Source: Sulfurovum sp. | GTDB lineage: Bacteria; Campylobacterota; Campylobacteria; Campylobacterales; Sulfurovaceae | Length of the DNA stretch: 64,000 nucleotides | NCBI GenBank assembly: GCA_026989435.1 | Contig: JALSJI010000033.1 | Coordinates: 2,560-66,559, forward strand | Reading direction: 5' to 3' | Shown here: piece by piece, positions 19,516 to 29,149 of the stretch | Position numbering within the stretch: position 1 is the stretch's first letter | Layout of the letters: each line of letters begins with the position of its first letter | The notes under the pieces: generated by a model | Databases searched by the model: none | Seen by the model: only the letters and a program-made list of their open reading frames with translations | Told to the model about the DNA's origin: nothing | Made by a program: the position numbers and the translations under genes

Positions 19516-19788
19516 CTACTGCTCTTCTTTGATAACAAAAATAGTATCGGTTACCTGATTTTTAAACTCAAGCTCCTCAATATTTTGCCGTAACATCACA
19601 TGTTCTGCTTTTAATACCGAGACTTCTCTTTGTAAGTAATTGACCTCTTTGCTTTCATAATAGATTTGATTACTAAGATATATTTTAATCAATGCCGATA
19701 TAAGCACAATGCTCATGGCAAGCACTACTACCGAGGCCGTACCGACCCCAATGCCGTTTGCCTGTTTTATCTCTCTTCTAATTCCCAT
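19516..19788 (-). CDS. Probable cell division protein FtsL-like
   Basis: Single TM plus coiled coil, overlapping the rsmH stop (the canonical rsmH-ftsL position). Confidence 0.6.
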   Translation of the reverse strand: MGIRREIKQANGIGVGTASVVVLAMSIVLISALIKIYLSNQIYYESKEVNYLQREVSVLKAEHVMLRQNIEELEFKNQVTDTIFVIKEEQ

Positions 19789-20722
19789 CTTTAAACCTAA
19801 AACTTCTCAATTTTGCCGACCTACTACGAGGGTTTTTTTTCCTCTCTTGCTTGCTTGCCGTAACAGGTTTGCGAAACAGTGTTCTGCCCAAGTCATGACT
19901 CTTACCGCACGTACATCGCATAGCCTGTGCATCACAGATACATGCTCTTTCCCACTTTTGAAACCTCTTTTTTACCAATCTATCTTCAAGCGAATGAAAG
20001 GTGATGCATGAAACAATCTCGCCCTCATAATGTTTAGCTTCTATCGCATCGAGCAAGCCCTCAATCTCACCTAACTCATTGTTTACCTCTATACGAATGG
20101 CTTGAAACATGAGCGTGGCTGGGTGTATTTTCCCACTACTTGGAATCACTGATTCTGCTATCTCGCTTAACTGCAAAGCACTCTTTATAGGTGCTTTCAC
20201 CCTCGCCTCAACTATGGCACAAGAGAGTTTCTGATACTGCCTGATTTCACCATATGTATCAAAAATATAAGCCAGTCTCTCTTGCGAATACCCGTTGACC
20301 ACGTTATAAGCACTTAATGATGCCTCTCTATCCATGCGCATATCAAGGTTCTCAGAAATAAAAGAAAAGCCTCGCTCTTTTTGATCAAGCTGCAAAGAAG
20401 AGACACCGAAGTCTGCCAACAGTGCTGAAATAGGTGCCTCCTCCAGCTGCGGTAGCACCGAAGCAAATGTACCCTTATAGAGCCTACTGCGTTCTTGAAA
20501 GGGTTGCAGGCGTTGCCTAGAAAAAGCCAGTGCCCCCCTGTCTCTGTCGATACCGACATGTCTCAGATGCGCATATTTCTCCAGCACCGCCGTACTATGT
20601 CCAGCATAGCCTAGCGTACAATCTACAAAATACCCCTCTTTTACACCGGAAAAACTCTGAAGGACTTCATCCAAAAGTACGGGTACATGAGGTATATGCA
20701 TCTCTATCCTTCTCTTTGTCAC
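19778..20722 (-). CDS. rsmH: 16S rRNA m4C1402 methyltransferase
   Basis: HVPVLL, DCTLGYAGHS, DFGVSSLQLD, FHSLEDRLVK, NPRSRSAKLR; start may be the downstream MHIPH. Confidence 0.97.
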   Translation of the reverse strand: MTKRRIEMHIPHVPVLLDEVLQSFSGVKEGYFVDCTLGYAGHSTAVLEKYAHLRHVGIDRDRGALAFSRQRLQPFQERSRLYKGTFASVLPQLEEAPISALLADFGVSSLQLDQKERGFSFISENLDMRMDREASLSAYNVVNGYSQERLAYIFDTYGEIRQYQKLSCAIVEARVKAPIKSALQLSEIAESVIPSSGKIHPATLMFQAIRIEVNNELGEIEGLLDAIEAKHYEGEIVSCITFHSLEDRLVKKRFQKWERACICDAQAMRCTCGKSHDLGRTLFRKPVTASKQERKKNPRSRSAKLRSFRFKDGN

Positions 20723-20771
20723 ATTTTAAATAAGCATGATATAATAACGAAATAATCCTAACAAAGGTTTC

Positions 20772-21350
20772 TTGATGACGGATAAATATCTTATTGAAGA
20801 CATCAAACATATCTCACTTTCGCTCTTTCACAAAAATTTTTTTTCCGTATACCACGGTTCTATCTCGGCACGCATGAGCCAAAGTGAATTTATTATCAAT
20901 TCCAAAGAGACTATTTTAGATGAGGTCACGGAAAACTCTTTAGTAAAACTTGATTTTCAAAAACGGGATTATCGCTGGAGTCTAGCAAATACTGATGTAC
21001 ATATCCATGAATATATCTATAAAAGTATACACAATGCAAAATATATATGCTACACCATGCCCCCTTATGCTACAGCCTATTCCCTCAAACACGGAAAAGT
21101 ATCGCCTGCTGATTTTTATGGAAAACAACTCTTAGGTGAAGTTGTGGTTTATGATCCGAAAAATATTAAAGATTGGCTAGAGCGTGCCCCCTATGAAATT
21201 GCACAGTTTTTTCAAAAACATGAAACACATCTTCTTCTTATCAAAGGTTTTGGTCTAGTCTCTTATGATCGTAATATCACCGAAATGGCAAAAAAAATCT
21301 CTATTTTGGAAAACTCCTGTAGGCTTTTGGCACTCTCTTCCAATCTTTAG
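20772..21350 (+). CDS. Class II aldolase/adducin domain protein
   Basis: HGSISAR, HIHEYIY, LLLIKGFG pattern; TGATATAAT promoter at 20737-20745. Confidence 0.75.
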   Translation: MMTDKYLIEDIKHISLSLFHKNFFSVYHGSISARMSQSEFIINSKETILDEVTENSLVKLDFQKRDYRWSLANTDVHIHEYIYKSIHNAKYICYTMPPYATAYSLKHGKVSPADFYGKQLLGEVVVYDPKNIKDWLERAPYEIAQFFQKHETHLLLIKGFGLVSYDRNITEMAKKISILENSCRLLALSSNL

Positions 21351-21457
21351 TTCCAAAGCAAAAAAGAAATTTAATATTAATAACTATATGTCAATAGCTT
21401 TGTAAAGCTTACTTTTGTTATACTTGCCTAACTTATTACTTAGGATACCCAAAAAAT

Positions 21458-22684
21458 ATGAATCAAACAAAAAAACGATTGACAATCATTAATCTCGCCA
21501 TCTCCATGACAGATATTGAAACAATCCAACTTCAGATTCTAAAGTTAACTCCGCTCAAATCAGATAGTAAAATTGCAGAAATTCTCTCTATGCTCAATGC
21601 CCAAAACTATGCAAAGGCACAAGAACTGATTACGACCTATATACAAACTCCCAATGAGACTATTGTCCAGCGTACGATCGAAGACACCTCTCTTAAAGAA
21701 GAAGAACCCAAAAATACACAAAGCAATGAAAAGAAAAAATCCGATGAAGACAAAGCCCTTATAGAGGAGTTTGAACTATTCACTACAACAACATCCGAAA
21801 CAGCACAAGAGACAGAAAAAGAACTCTACGATGATCTATTTCTGGATAAAGAGGATGAACCTGAAACTTCGGAATATACCAAAGCAGATTATGACCCTCT
21901 GCTCAATATAGAAGCAGATGATATCGTAGCCGAAAATATTAATTTGGATCATTTACGCAACCCTGACAATACCCAAGATCCGACAAACAAAGAAGATACA
22001 CCTTCACACGATCAGACACCCCCCTCAAAAGAGATACAAGAGCAGGTTGCTAAAAGCAATCATTCAAATCAAACGGAACAAAGCACCCAAGATCAAACTC
22101 AAGACAACAACACTACCTCCAAAAACACCTCTCCTCCCCAAGAGAAGAACAAGGTATACTATCAGGCCATACCCCACATAGAAAACAAATTTAACAATCT
22201 ATATACACAATACCCTCCTATTATACACAGTGACGAACGCTATTACTCGGTTGAGTCATGGTTGCTTCAGATCTCTAGCAAGGGATATAGTGAAGATGAT
22301 ATAGAGACACGTATCCAAGAGGTAGAAGAGCTAAAAAAAAATAATCTAGCAGAAGCTGCACAGCTGCTCATCGCCACTGCCTCGACCGATTCACTCTATG
22401 CACTCTTTCGCTTATCTCGCGCATTATATACCGGGGACATCCTTCAAAAAAATACCTCTGAAGCAGTCAATATAATTCACTATCTAGCCACCAATGAAGA
22501 GTATCCTGAAGCACTATGCGATTTAGCACAGCTTTATGAATACGGTATTCTTCTCAAAAAAGATACAAAAAAAGCAAAAACACTCTATAAAGAAGCAATG
22601 CATGCAGGAATACAAAGGGCTCAAAAACACTACCATAGACTACAAGAAAAAAAGAGAGGTTTTTGGGGTTTGTTCAAACAATAA
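21458..22684 (+). CDS. Sel1-repeat protein with long acidic/low-complexity linker
   Basis: EALCDLAQLYEYGILLKKDTKKAKTLYKEAMHAG Sel1-like repeat. Confidence 0.7.
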   Translation: MNQTKKRLTIINLAISMTDIETIQLQILKLTPLKSDSKIAEILSMLNAQNYAKAQELITTYIQTPNETIVQRTIEDTSLKEEEPKNTQSNEKKKSDEDKALIEEFELFTTTTSETAQETEKELYDDLFLDKEDEPETSEYTKADYDPLLNIEADDIVAENINLDHLRNPDNTQDPTNKEDTPSHDQTPPSKEIQEQVAKSNHSNQTEQSTQDQTQDNNTTSKNTSPPQEKNKVYYQAIPHIENKFNNLYTQYPPIIHSDERYYSVESWLLQISSKGYSEDDIETRIQEVEELKKNNLAEAAQLLIATASTDSLYALFRLSRALYTGDILQKNTSEAVNIIHYLATNEEYPEALCDLAQLYEYGILLKKDTKKAKTLYKEAMHAGIQRAQKHYHRLQEKKRGFWGLFKQ

Positions 22685-22772
22685 AAAGAGCTATCGCAAA
22701 CACCGCTTCAAGTTACTCTTACAATTTTATTTGGTAAGATTATACAATTTTTAAACAAAGGGCGAAGAGACT

Positions 22773-24248
22773 ATGATTTCTTGGATGCAAAGACACAATA
22801 GGTACCTTGTATGGACTATATGGATAGCAACTATCGCATTTATAGGTGCAGGATTTGTAGGCTGGGGATCTTACAACCTTGCTTCCAAAGCAGGCAGTGT
22901 TGCCAAAGTCGGCGATATTGAGATCAAGCAGACAAAACTCAATATGGTCTATTCAAACCTATACAACCGATACAATCAAATGCTTGAAGGAAAATTAGAT
23001 GAGGAAAAAGCAAAAAGTATGGGTCTTGTCAAACAGGCATTCTCTACATTGGCCATACAGGCAAAAATTTTAAACTTTGCAAAAGAGATAGGTATCGTTG
23101 TCTCTGATCATGAAGTAATAGAAAAACTCCAAGAGATGCAAGCTTTTCAAAAAGAGGGCAAATTCAATGTAGAGATCTATCACAATTATCTCAAAGCACA
23201 GCGCCTTAAAGCAAAAGATTTTGAAGAGACGCTAAAAGAAGAAATGCTGATAGAAAAAACCCTTGCACTGTTTGAAACACAAGTCTTTCCTCTAGAGATC
23301 AATGTAACCCAAGCCACCCTCGCTTATGCAGACAAACTCGCCTATAAAGTATTGGCACAAAACGATATAAACTATACTAGAGACGAAAAGAGCTTATATG
23401 CATTTTGGGAGACGCAAAAAGAAAATTATCTCACGGATAAACGCTATACACTCCAACTTTTACGGACACCGAGCAGTGATGCAAATATCACGGAAGAGGA
23501 GATGAAACAATATTATAAAGCCAACAGTTTCAACTATACAGACGACTCCGGAAAACCACTCTCATTTACGGAAGCAAAAGAGGAAGTCGGCAAAGATTTA
23601 AAGCTAAAAAAAACAAAAAAAAGAGCACAGAAAGCCTATATAAAATTTAAAAAAGGTGCAATCAAAGAGAGTGAAACACTCTCACTGAATATGGGCGATC
23701 CTAAACTTACACAGACCATATGGAGAGCACTGCAAAATAAAAAAACAGGTGACATTCTCAAACCTAAAATTATGGAAGACCAATATATAACTGTTAAAAT
23801 CAAACAGATTGACAAGCCACGTATTATGACTTTTGAAGAGGCCAAAGAGAGAGTCGCAAAAGTATACGATAAACGGGAAAAAAAGAAATATCTACACGCT
23901 TTAGCAAAAAAAACACTAAACACCCTAGATGAAAACAATGCTACGCTCTCTGACTTTATCAACCTCAATCATAGTGACAACATAAAATCGTTAAATGCAC
24001 AAGAAAGTTTACAATTTTTGGAAAAACTCTTTACATCTAATAAAGAAAAAGGTATCATTAGCATATCGGATAAAGTAATTGTTTATAAGATCTTGGCGCA
24101 GAAACAATTACCCATGGATGAAAACAAAACAGCAAATGTAAAACAGACTGTAAACCGGATTAAAAAAAGGGTATTTGAGTCCAACCTCTTTGACTTTTTG
24201 GACAAAAAGTATCCTACAAAAGTATACATGGAAGGACTGACAAATTGA
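22773..24248 (+). CDS. ppiD: Membrane-anchored periplasmic chaperone, PpiD/SurA-N family
   Basis: MISWMQRHNRYLVWTIWIATIAFIGAGFVGWG; conserved position upstream of ftsA. Confidence 0.85.
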   Translation: MISWMQRHNRYLVWTIWIATIAFIGAGFVGWGSYNLASKAGSVAKVGDIEIKQTKLNMVYSNLYNRYNQMLEGKLDEEKAKSMGLVKQAFSTLAIQAKILNFAKEIGIVVSDHEVIEKLQEMQAFQKEGKFNVEIYHNYLKAQRLKAKDFEETLKEEMLIEKTLALFETQVFPLEINVTQATLAYADKLAYKVLAQNDINYTRDEKSLYAFWETQKENYLTDKRYTLQLLRTPSSDANITEEEMKQYYKANSFNYTDDSGKPLSFTEAKEEVGKDLKLKKTKKRAQKAYIKFKKGAIKESETLSLNMGDPKLTQTIWRALQNKKTGDILKPKIMEDQYITVKIKQIDKPRIMTFEEAKERVAKVYDKREKKKYLHALAKKTLNTLDENNATLSDFINLNHSDNIKSLNAQESLQFLEKLFTSNKEKGIISISDKVIVYKILAQKQLPMDENKTANVKQTVNRIKKRVFESNLFDFLDKKYPTKVYMEGLTN

Positions 24249-25636
24249 GTGAAACAATTTTAGCTATCGATATAGGGTCAACGAAAATATGTGCAATCAT
24301 AGCTGAAGTTGTAGACTCAAGAGTCAAAATACTTGGGCATGGTATCACAAAATCACAAGGTATCAAAAAAGGTGCTATCACCAATATTGAGCTTGCCTCC
24401 AAAACAATTAAAAAAGCGGTGAACGATGCCAAACGTATAGCCGGGTCTAATATTTCAACAGCTACCGTATCCATCTCGAATGCATACGCCAAATCATTAA
24501 ACTCTACCGGTGTTGTCAATATTCCGCATAAAGATATCTCTATCAAAGAGATAACCCGCGTCATGCAAACAGCACTCTACAATGCCAATGTGCCAAACGA
24601 ATACGATGTCATCCATGTACTTCCCTACAACTTCAGAGTAGACGGTCAGGACTATATTGAGGACCCTTACGGAATGAATGCTTCTAGAATGGAAGTCGAT
24701 GTCAATATTATCATGACGCAAAAATCAAATCTCTCAAACCTAAAAAAAGCCGTACATGCAGCAGGTATTGAGATAGAAGGCATTGTATTAAGCGGTTATG
24801 CCTCTGCTATTTCCAGCATTAATGAAGATGAAAAAGAGCTAGGTGTAGCTGTAATTGATCTAGGTGGGCAAACAAGTAATCTCATCATACATACAGGCAA
24901 CTCAATACGATATAATGACTTTTTGGGTGTTGGTTCAAACCATATTACCAATGATCTGTCTATGGCACTGCATACGCCGCTTCAAGTCGCAGAAGATGTC
25001 AAAGTAAATCACGGTAATCTTTCTGAGACGAGTAACGAGATAATCGAACTTCCGATTATAGGTGACGAAGAGAACAAAAATAGTGTCTCTCTCGATATCG
25101 TACACTCGGTCATCTATTCGCGTGTTGAAGAGATACTCATGATATTGGCAAACTCTTTGGAAAAATCTTCGCTTAAAGATCAAATAGGTGCAGGCATTAT
25201 CCTCACAGGCGGTATGACAAAACTCAAAGGTATACGTGAACTTGCACAATCTATTTTTTCTGCCATGCCTGTACGTATAGCCAAAACAACCACAGACATT
25301 GAAGGACTTTTTGATGAACTCAAAGATCCTTTTTATTCGACGGTGCTTGGGCTTCTTCTCTATAAGTCTGGTCAAAATACACAATATGAAATTAATTTTC
25401 AACAAGAGATTTTACACACTAAAGAAGTACATGTTGAAAATCTAAGTGATATAAAAATAGCCAATACTATCAATGAGGTGGAGGATAACCAAAAAGAGAC
25501 AAAACCACAAGACACGACACAAAACCACAAGACAGACAAGAGTGATACATTCTCTTTTGATGATTTGCCAAATATATCTGAAGAGAATCACAATCCGTTT
25601 AAAAAGTTAGCCAATTGGGCCAAGCAACTTTTTTAA
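24245..25636 (+). CDS. ftsA: Cell division protein FtsA
   Basis: AIDIGSTK, VIDLGGQT, LTGGMTKL, C-terminal amphipathic WAKQLF. Confidence 0.97.
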   Translation: MSETILAIDIGSTKICAIIAEVVDSRVKILGHGITKSQGIKKGAITNIELASKTIKKAVNDAKRIAGSNISTATVSISNAYAKSLNSTGVVNIPHKDISIKEITRVMQTALYNANVPNEYDVIHVLPYNFRVDGQDYIEDPYGMNASRMEVDVNIIMTQKSNLSNLKKAVHAAGIEIEGIVLSGYASAISSINEDEKELGVAVIDLGGQTSNLIIHTGNSIRYNDFLGVGSNHITNDLSMALHTPLQVAEDVKVNHGNLSETSNEIIELPIIGDEENKNSVSLDIVHSVIYSRVEEILMILANSLEKSSLKDQIGAGIILTGGMTKLKGIRELAQSIFSAMPVRIAKTTTDIEGLFDELKDPFYSTVLGLLLYKSGQNTQYEINFQQEILHTKEVHVENLSDIKIANTINEVEDNQKETKPQDTTQNHKTDKSDTFSFDDLPNISEENHNPFKKLANWAKQLF

Positions 25637-25658
25637 ATCAACACAAAAGGGGAAAAAG

Positions 25659-26813
25659 ATGGAAGAATTTGAAATAGATATTATCGAAACAAAATGTCAA
25701 ACAAACGGTGCAAAGATTAAAGCCATTGGTGTCGGCGGCGGCGGCGGCAATATGATTAATCACATGATTACTGAAGGCATACACACCATAGATCTCATCG
25801 TAGCCAATACTGATGCACAGGCACTCGAATCGTCTCTTGCACCGTTTAAGATGCAGCTGGGAGTCAATGCCACAAGAGGGTTGGGTGCAGGAATGATGCC
25901 GGAAAAAGGTAGAGAGGCTGCTTTAGAGAGTTTTGATGATATCAAAGAGATGCTAGATGGTGCAGATATCGTCTTTATCTCTGCAGGACTTGGAGGAGGT
26001 ACCGGTACCGGAGCTGCTCCAATTATTGCCCAAGCTGCCAAAGAGGTAGGTGCATTGACCGTGGCTATTGTCACAAGTCCTTTTAAATTTGAAGGGCGTA
26101 AACGTACCAAACTTGCAAAAGAGGGTTTAGAAGAGCTTAAACGTGAGAGTGATTCAATCATTGTAGTACCAAATGAAAAACTTCTCTCCATTGTCGAAAA
26201 AAACCTTGGAATCAAAGAGAGCTTCAGAATGGTTGATGATATTCTAGCTCAAGCAGTAGGAGGTATCTCCAAAGTTATTCTTTCGCATGGTGACAATGAT
26301 ATTAACCTTGACTTTGCCGACGTAAAAACCGTCATGTCTCATCGTGGTCTTGCACTCATGGGTGCCGGTTATGCCGTAGGAGAAAATGCCGCATATGATG
26401 CAGCAAAAGCAGCTATTGAGTCACCGCTTCTTGACAATATTTCTATCGATGGAGCAATGGGCGTACTGGTACACTTTGATATTCACCCAAATTATCCTAT
26501 TATGGAAATTGGTGAAGCAATGAATATTGTAGAAGAGAGTGCCGACGAGAATGCTTCCGTCATTTTTGGTACCACTACCAATGAAAATATGGAAGTTGAT
26601 GAAGTAAAAATCACTATTATTGCAACCGGATTTGAAGACAAAAATGCTATTGGTGATCCTACACCTGTAAAAACACAAACTACCATGATGACAGCAAACC
26701 AAAATAGCATCAATACACTCCGATCTGCAAATAAAATGGTAGTAGGCGGTTACAACGGTGAAAATGAGGATATCTTAGAGGTTCCTACTTTCCTAAGAAA
26801 ACAGATGGACTAA
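25659..26813 (+). CDS. ftsZ: Cell division protein FtsZ
   Basis: GVGGGGGN, GGGTGTG, NLDFAD, LEVPTFLRKQMD. Confidence 0.99.
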   Translation: MEEFEIDIIETKCQTNGAKIKAIGVGGGGGNMINHMITEGIHTIDLIVANTDAQALESSLAPFKMQLGVNATRGLGAGMMPEKGREAALESFDDIKEMLDGADIVFISAGLGGGTGTGAAPIIAQAAKEVGALTVAIVTSPFKFEGRKRTKLAKEGLEELKRESDSIIVVPNEKLLSIVEKNLGIKESFRMVDDILAQAVGGISKVILSHGDNDINLDFADVKTVMSHRGLALMGAGYAVGENAAYDAAKAAIESPLLDNISIDGAMGVLVHFDIHPNYPIMEIGEAMNIVEESADENASVIFGTTTNENMEVDEVKITIIATGFEDKNAIGDPTPVKTQTTMMTANQNSINTLRSANKMVVGGYNGENEDILEVPTFLRKQMD

Positions 26814-26842
26814 GCTTTCAACTTCTCTTCTTTCCTTCATCT

Positions 26843-26876
26843 GCACAAAGCTCCTTCCCCCTCTTTGTGCTATTTT
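26843..26876 (+). terminator. Intrinsic terminator after ftsZ with CU-rich loop
   Basis: GCACAAAG-CTCCTTCCCCCT-CTTTGTGC-TATTTT. Confidence 0.65.
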
Positions 26877-26939
26877 CTCTAAATATTAGCTATATTTTGC
26901 TATCATAAGTCCTACTTTTATAATTTAGGATATGAAACG

Positions 26940-27527
26940 ATGAAATATATTAAAAGACTCTCTCATATTGCAGCAGCATCCGGACTAGGAACACTCCTTA
27001 TCTCGGGTATAACAGGGTGCACAAGTAATACACAACAGCAAGAAGAACAACCCCAAGCAAAAGGCGCCTTTGTCATTATTGAAGAGACTGCACCCGGAAA
27101 ATACCGGATAAAAGATGAATTTCCTGCAGACGAAACACGTATCGTACTAAAAAAATTAGACGGAACAGAGCAAATACTTACCCAAGCAGAACTAAATGAA
27201 CTCATAAAAGAAGAAGCAGCAAAGATAGATGCAGGAACTTCTAACCTCACTAGAGAACAAGATCCTCAAATGCAACATCAAGGTATGGGGCTTGGTGAGA
27301 CTATCATGGCAAGTATGGCAGGTGCAATACTCGGAGCATGGATAGGAAACAAGCTTTTTGGAAACCAAAATTACCAAAACAACAGAAAAGCTAGCTATAA
27401 ATCCCCATCGACCTACCAAAGAAGTAAAAATACTTTTAACAAACCAAGAAAGAACTCCGGTAAAAAAAGTGGATTTTTTGGCCATAAAAAATCATCGTCA
27501 CGTTCAGGAGGATTCTTCGGTGGTTAA
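26940..27527 (+). CDS. UPF0323 family lipoprotein
   Basis: Lipobox ITGC; KGAFVIIEE, IDAGTSNLT, GAILGAWIGNKLF, SGFFG tail. Confidence 0.85.
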   Translation: MKYIKRLSHIAAASGLGTLLISGITGCTSNTQQQEEQPQAKGAFVIIEETAPGKYRIKDEFPADETRIVLKKLDGTEQILTQAELNELIKEEAAKIDAGTSNLTREQDPQMQHQGMGLGETIMASMAGAILGAWIGNKLFGNQNYQNNRKASYKSPSTYQRSKNTFNKPRKNSGKKSGFFGHKKSSSRSGGFFGG

Positions 27528-28695
27528 ACTAAAAAACGTCACACCTCTTGATACACATTACCTCGAATCACTGGGTTTTGTATGGCATACCGATGCAGAT
27601 GCAAGCCCATACATCTCAGATGCACTCGTCATACTTACAGAAGATGAAGCGCAAGCTTTCTATGAGGCTACAAATATGCTCTACGACATGTTTGTAGAAG
27701 CTGCCGAGCATGTTATTCGCCATAACCTTTTTCATGAAATAGGCATCCCGTTTAACCTCGTAGATATCATTAAAGAGTCATGGGAGAATGATGTACACTG
27801 GCACCTCTATGGACGTTTTGATTTGGCTGGAGGCATTGACGGAAAACCTATCAAGCTCTTAGAGTTTAATGCCGACACCCCTACGGCACTCTTTGAGACG
27901 GCCATTATCCAATGGGCGATACTCAAACAAAACTCTATGGAAGAATCTGCTCAATTTAATACAACCTACGAAGCCTTGCTTGAGAACTTTCAAAGACTTG
28001 TCACATTAAAAGAAGATGTAAGCGATTTTGCATCACGCTACGAAGGGTGGAAATTTCTCTTTACCCCTATTCGCGGCAATGCCGAAGAAGAAAATACAGT
28101 AAGACTGCTACAACATATCGCTACCGAAGCCGGATATAAAACACAATTTGCCTTTATGGATGAAGTAGAGTTTGACGATGATGGCATCTATTATAAGGAT
28201 GAGCGCTATGAACTCTGGTTTAAACTCATCCCCTGGGAGGATATTGCTCTAGAGGAACCTGATCTGGCGATGATTCTAAACAGCATCATCAAAAACCAAA
28301 AAGCTATTATCTTCAATCCTGCCTATACCCTTCTTTTTCAAAGTAAAGGTCTACTAAAAATCCTATGGGATCTCTATCCAAATCATCCCCTGCTCCTAGA
28401 GAGCTCTTTTGAACCCCTATTAGATCAAAAACAGGTCAAAAAACCCATATTTGGCAGAGAAGGTGGAAGTATAAGTATCTTGGATGAAGACGGAGATGTA
28501 ATCGAGCACGTAGATGACGATTACGACAACCACAAAATGCTCTACCAAGCCTATACGGAGTTACCCATAGACAAGAATGGCACTAGCTACCAAGCCGGTG
28601 TATTCTATGCCTATGAAGCCTGTGGACTCGGCTTTAGAAAAGGCGGTAAGATCCTTGATAATCACTCTAAATTTGTAGGACACGTAGTAGATTAA
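27520..28695 (+). CDS. Glutathionylspermidine synthase family ATP-grasp protein
   Basis: LYGRFDL, LLEFNADTPT, FKLIPWE, KPIFGREG; true start is probably GTG at 27520 (AGGAGG RBS) rather than 27358. Confidence 0.9.
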   Translation: MVKLKNVTPLDTHYLESLGFVWHTDADASPYISDALVILTEDEAQAFYEATNMLYDMFVEAAEHVIRHNLFHEIGIPFNLVDIIKESWENDVHWHLYGRFDLAGGIDGKPIKLLEFNADTPTALFETAIIQWAILKQNSMEESAQFNTTYEALLENFQRLVTLKEDVSDFASRYEGWKFLFTPIRGNAEEENTVRLLQHIATEAGYKTQFAFMDEVEFDDDGIYYKDERYELWFKLIPWEDIALEEPDLAMILNSIIKNQKAIIFNPAYTLLFQSKGLLKILWDLYPNHPLLLESSFEPLLDQKQVKKPIFGREGGSISILDEDGDVIEHVDDDYDNHKMLYQAYTELPIDKNGTSYQAGVFYAYEACGLGFRKGGKILDNHSKFVGHVVD

Positions 28696-28843
28696 TATCC
28701 CCGTCACTTTATATCGCTTTATATATTCTGCTTACAACATCATCTAACAATTTTATCAAGAAATAAATAATCCAGAGCTAGATGAAGTGTTGTTAGCTAC
28801 ACATTAATATTAATTCATATATTTATCCTGCTATTTTAATCTC

Positions 28844-28876
28844 TTTTGACAATTTTTGACAATTCTTATTTACACT
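28844..28876 (+). promoter_or_regulatory. Promoter with tandem TTTTGACAAT direct repeat and -10 TACACT
   Basis: TTTTGACAAT twice (28844-28863); 9 nt from the proximal TTGACA to TACACT (28871-28876). Confidence 0.6.
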
Positions 28877-28909
28877 TTCCTTATCTTTAAAATAGAATAA
28901 GGGGAAAAG

Positions 28910-29065
28910 ATGACTATGAAAAAAGATATAGATAAAAGTATAGAAGAGTTGCTCGAAGAGCTTGACGTACCGGTAGATGACAACTTTGATGATCTATTTT
29001 ATGATGACCCGTTAGAGAGTGAGGACAATGAAATATACAATGACTTAAACGCCTTGCTATCATAA
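28910..29065 (+). CDS. Unannotated 51-aa highly acidic small protein
   Basis: MTMKKDIDKSIEELLEELDVPVDDNFDDLFYDDPLESEDNEIYNDLNALLS; AAGGGG RBS, own promoter, downstream terminator-like hairpin. Confidence 0.75.
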   Translation: MTMKKDIDKSIEELLEELDVPVDDNFDDLFYDDPLESEDNEIYNDLNALLS

Positions 29066-29087
29066 AAAGAGAATACTCTCATATCAT

Positions 29088-29115
29088 AAAAAAAGGGTGC
29101 CTAAGCCCTCTTTTT
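29088..29115. terminator. Possible bidirectional terminator between convergent genes
   Basis: A-tract, imperfect GGGTGC-ctaa-GCCCT stem, T-tract. Confidence 0.45.
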
Positions 29116-29149
29116 ACTTTTTGAACCGGTACGACCTTAACAAATCCAT

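Noticed and set aside
25733-25748. GGC repeat in ftsZ
   Set aside because: Encodes the conserved GGGGGN motif; not a contingency repeat
27358-27519. N-terminal extension of the Gsp-synthase ORF in the track
   Set aside because: It overlaps the UPF0323 gene; GTG at 27520 has an AGGAGG RBS and is the more plausible start
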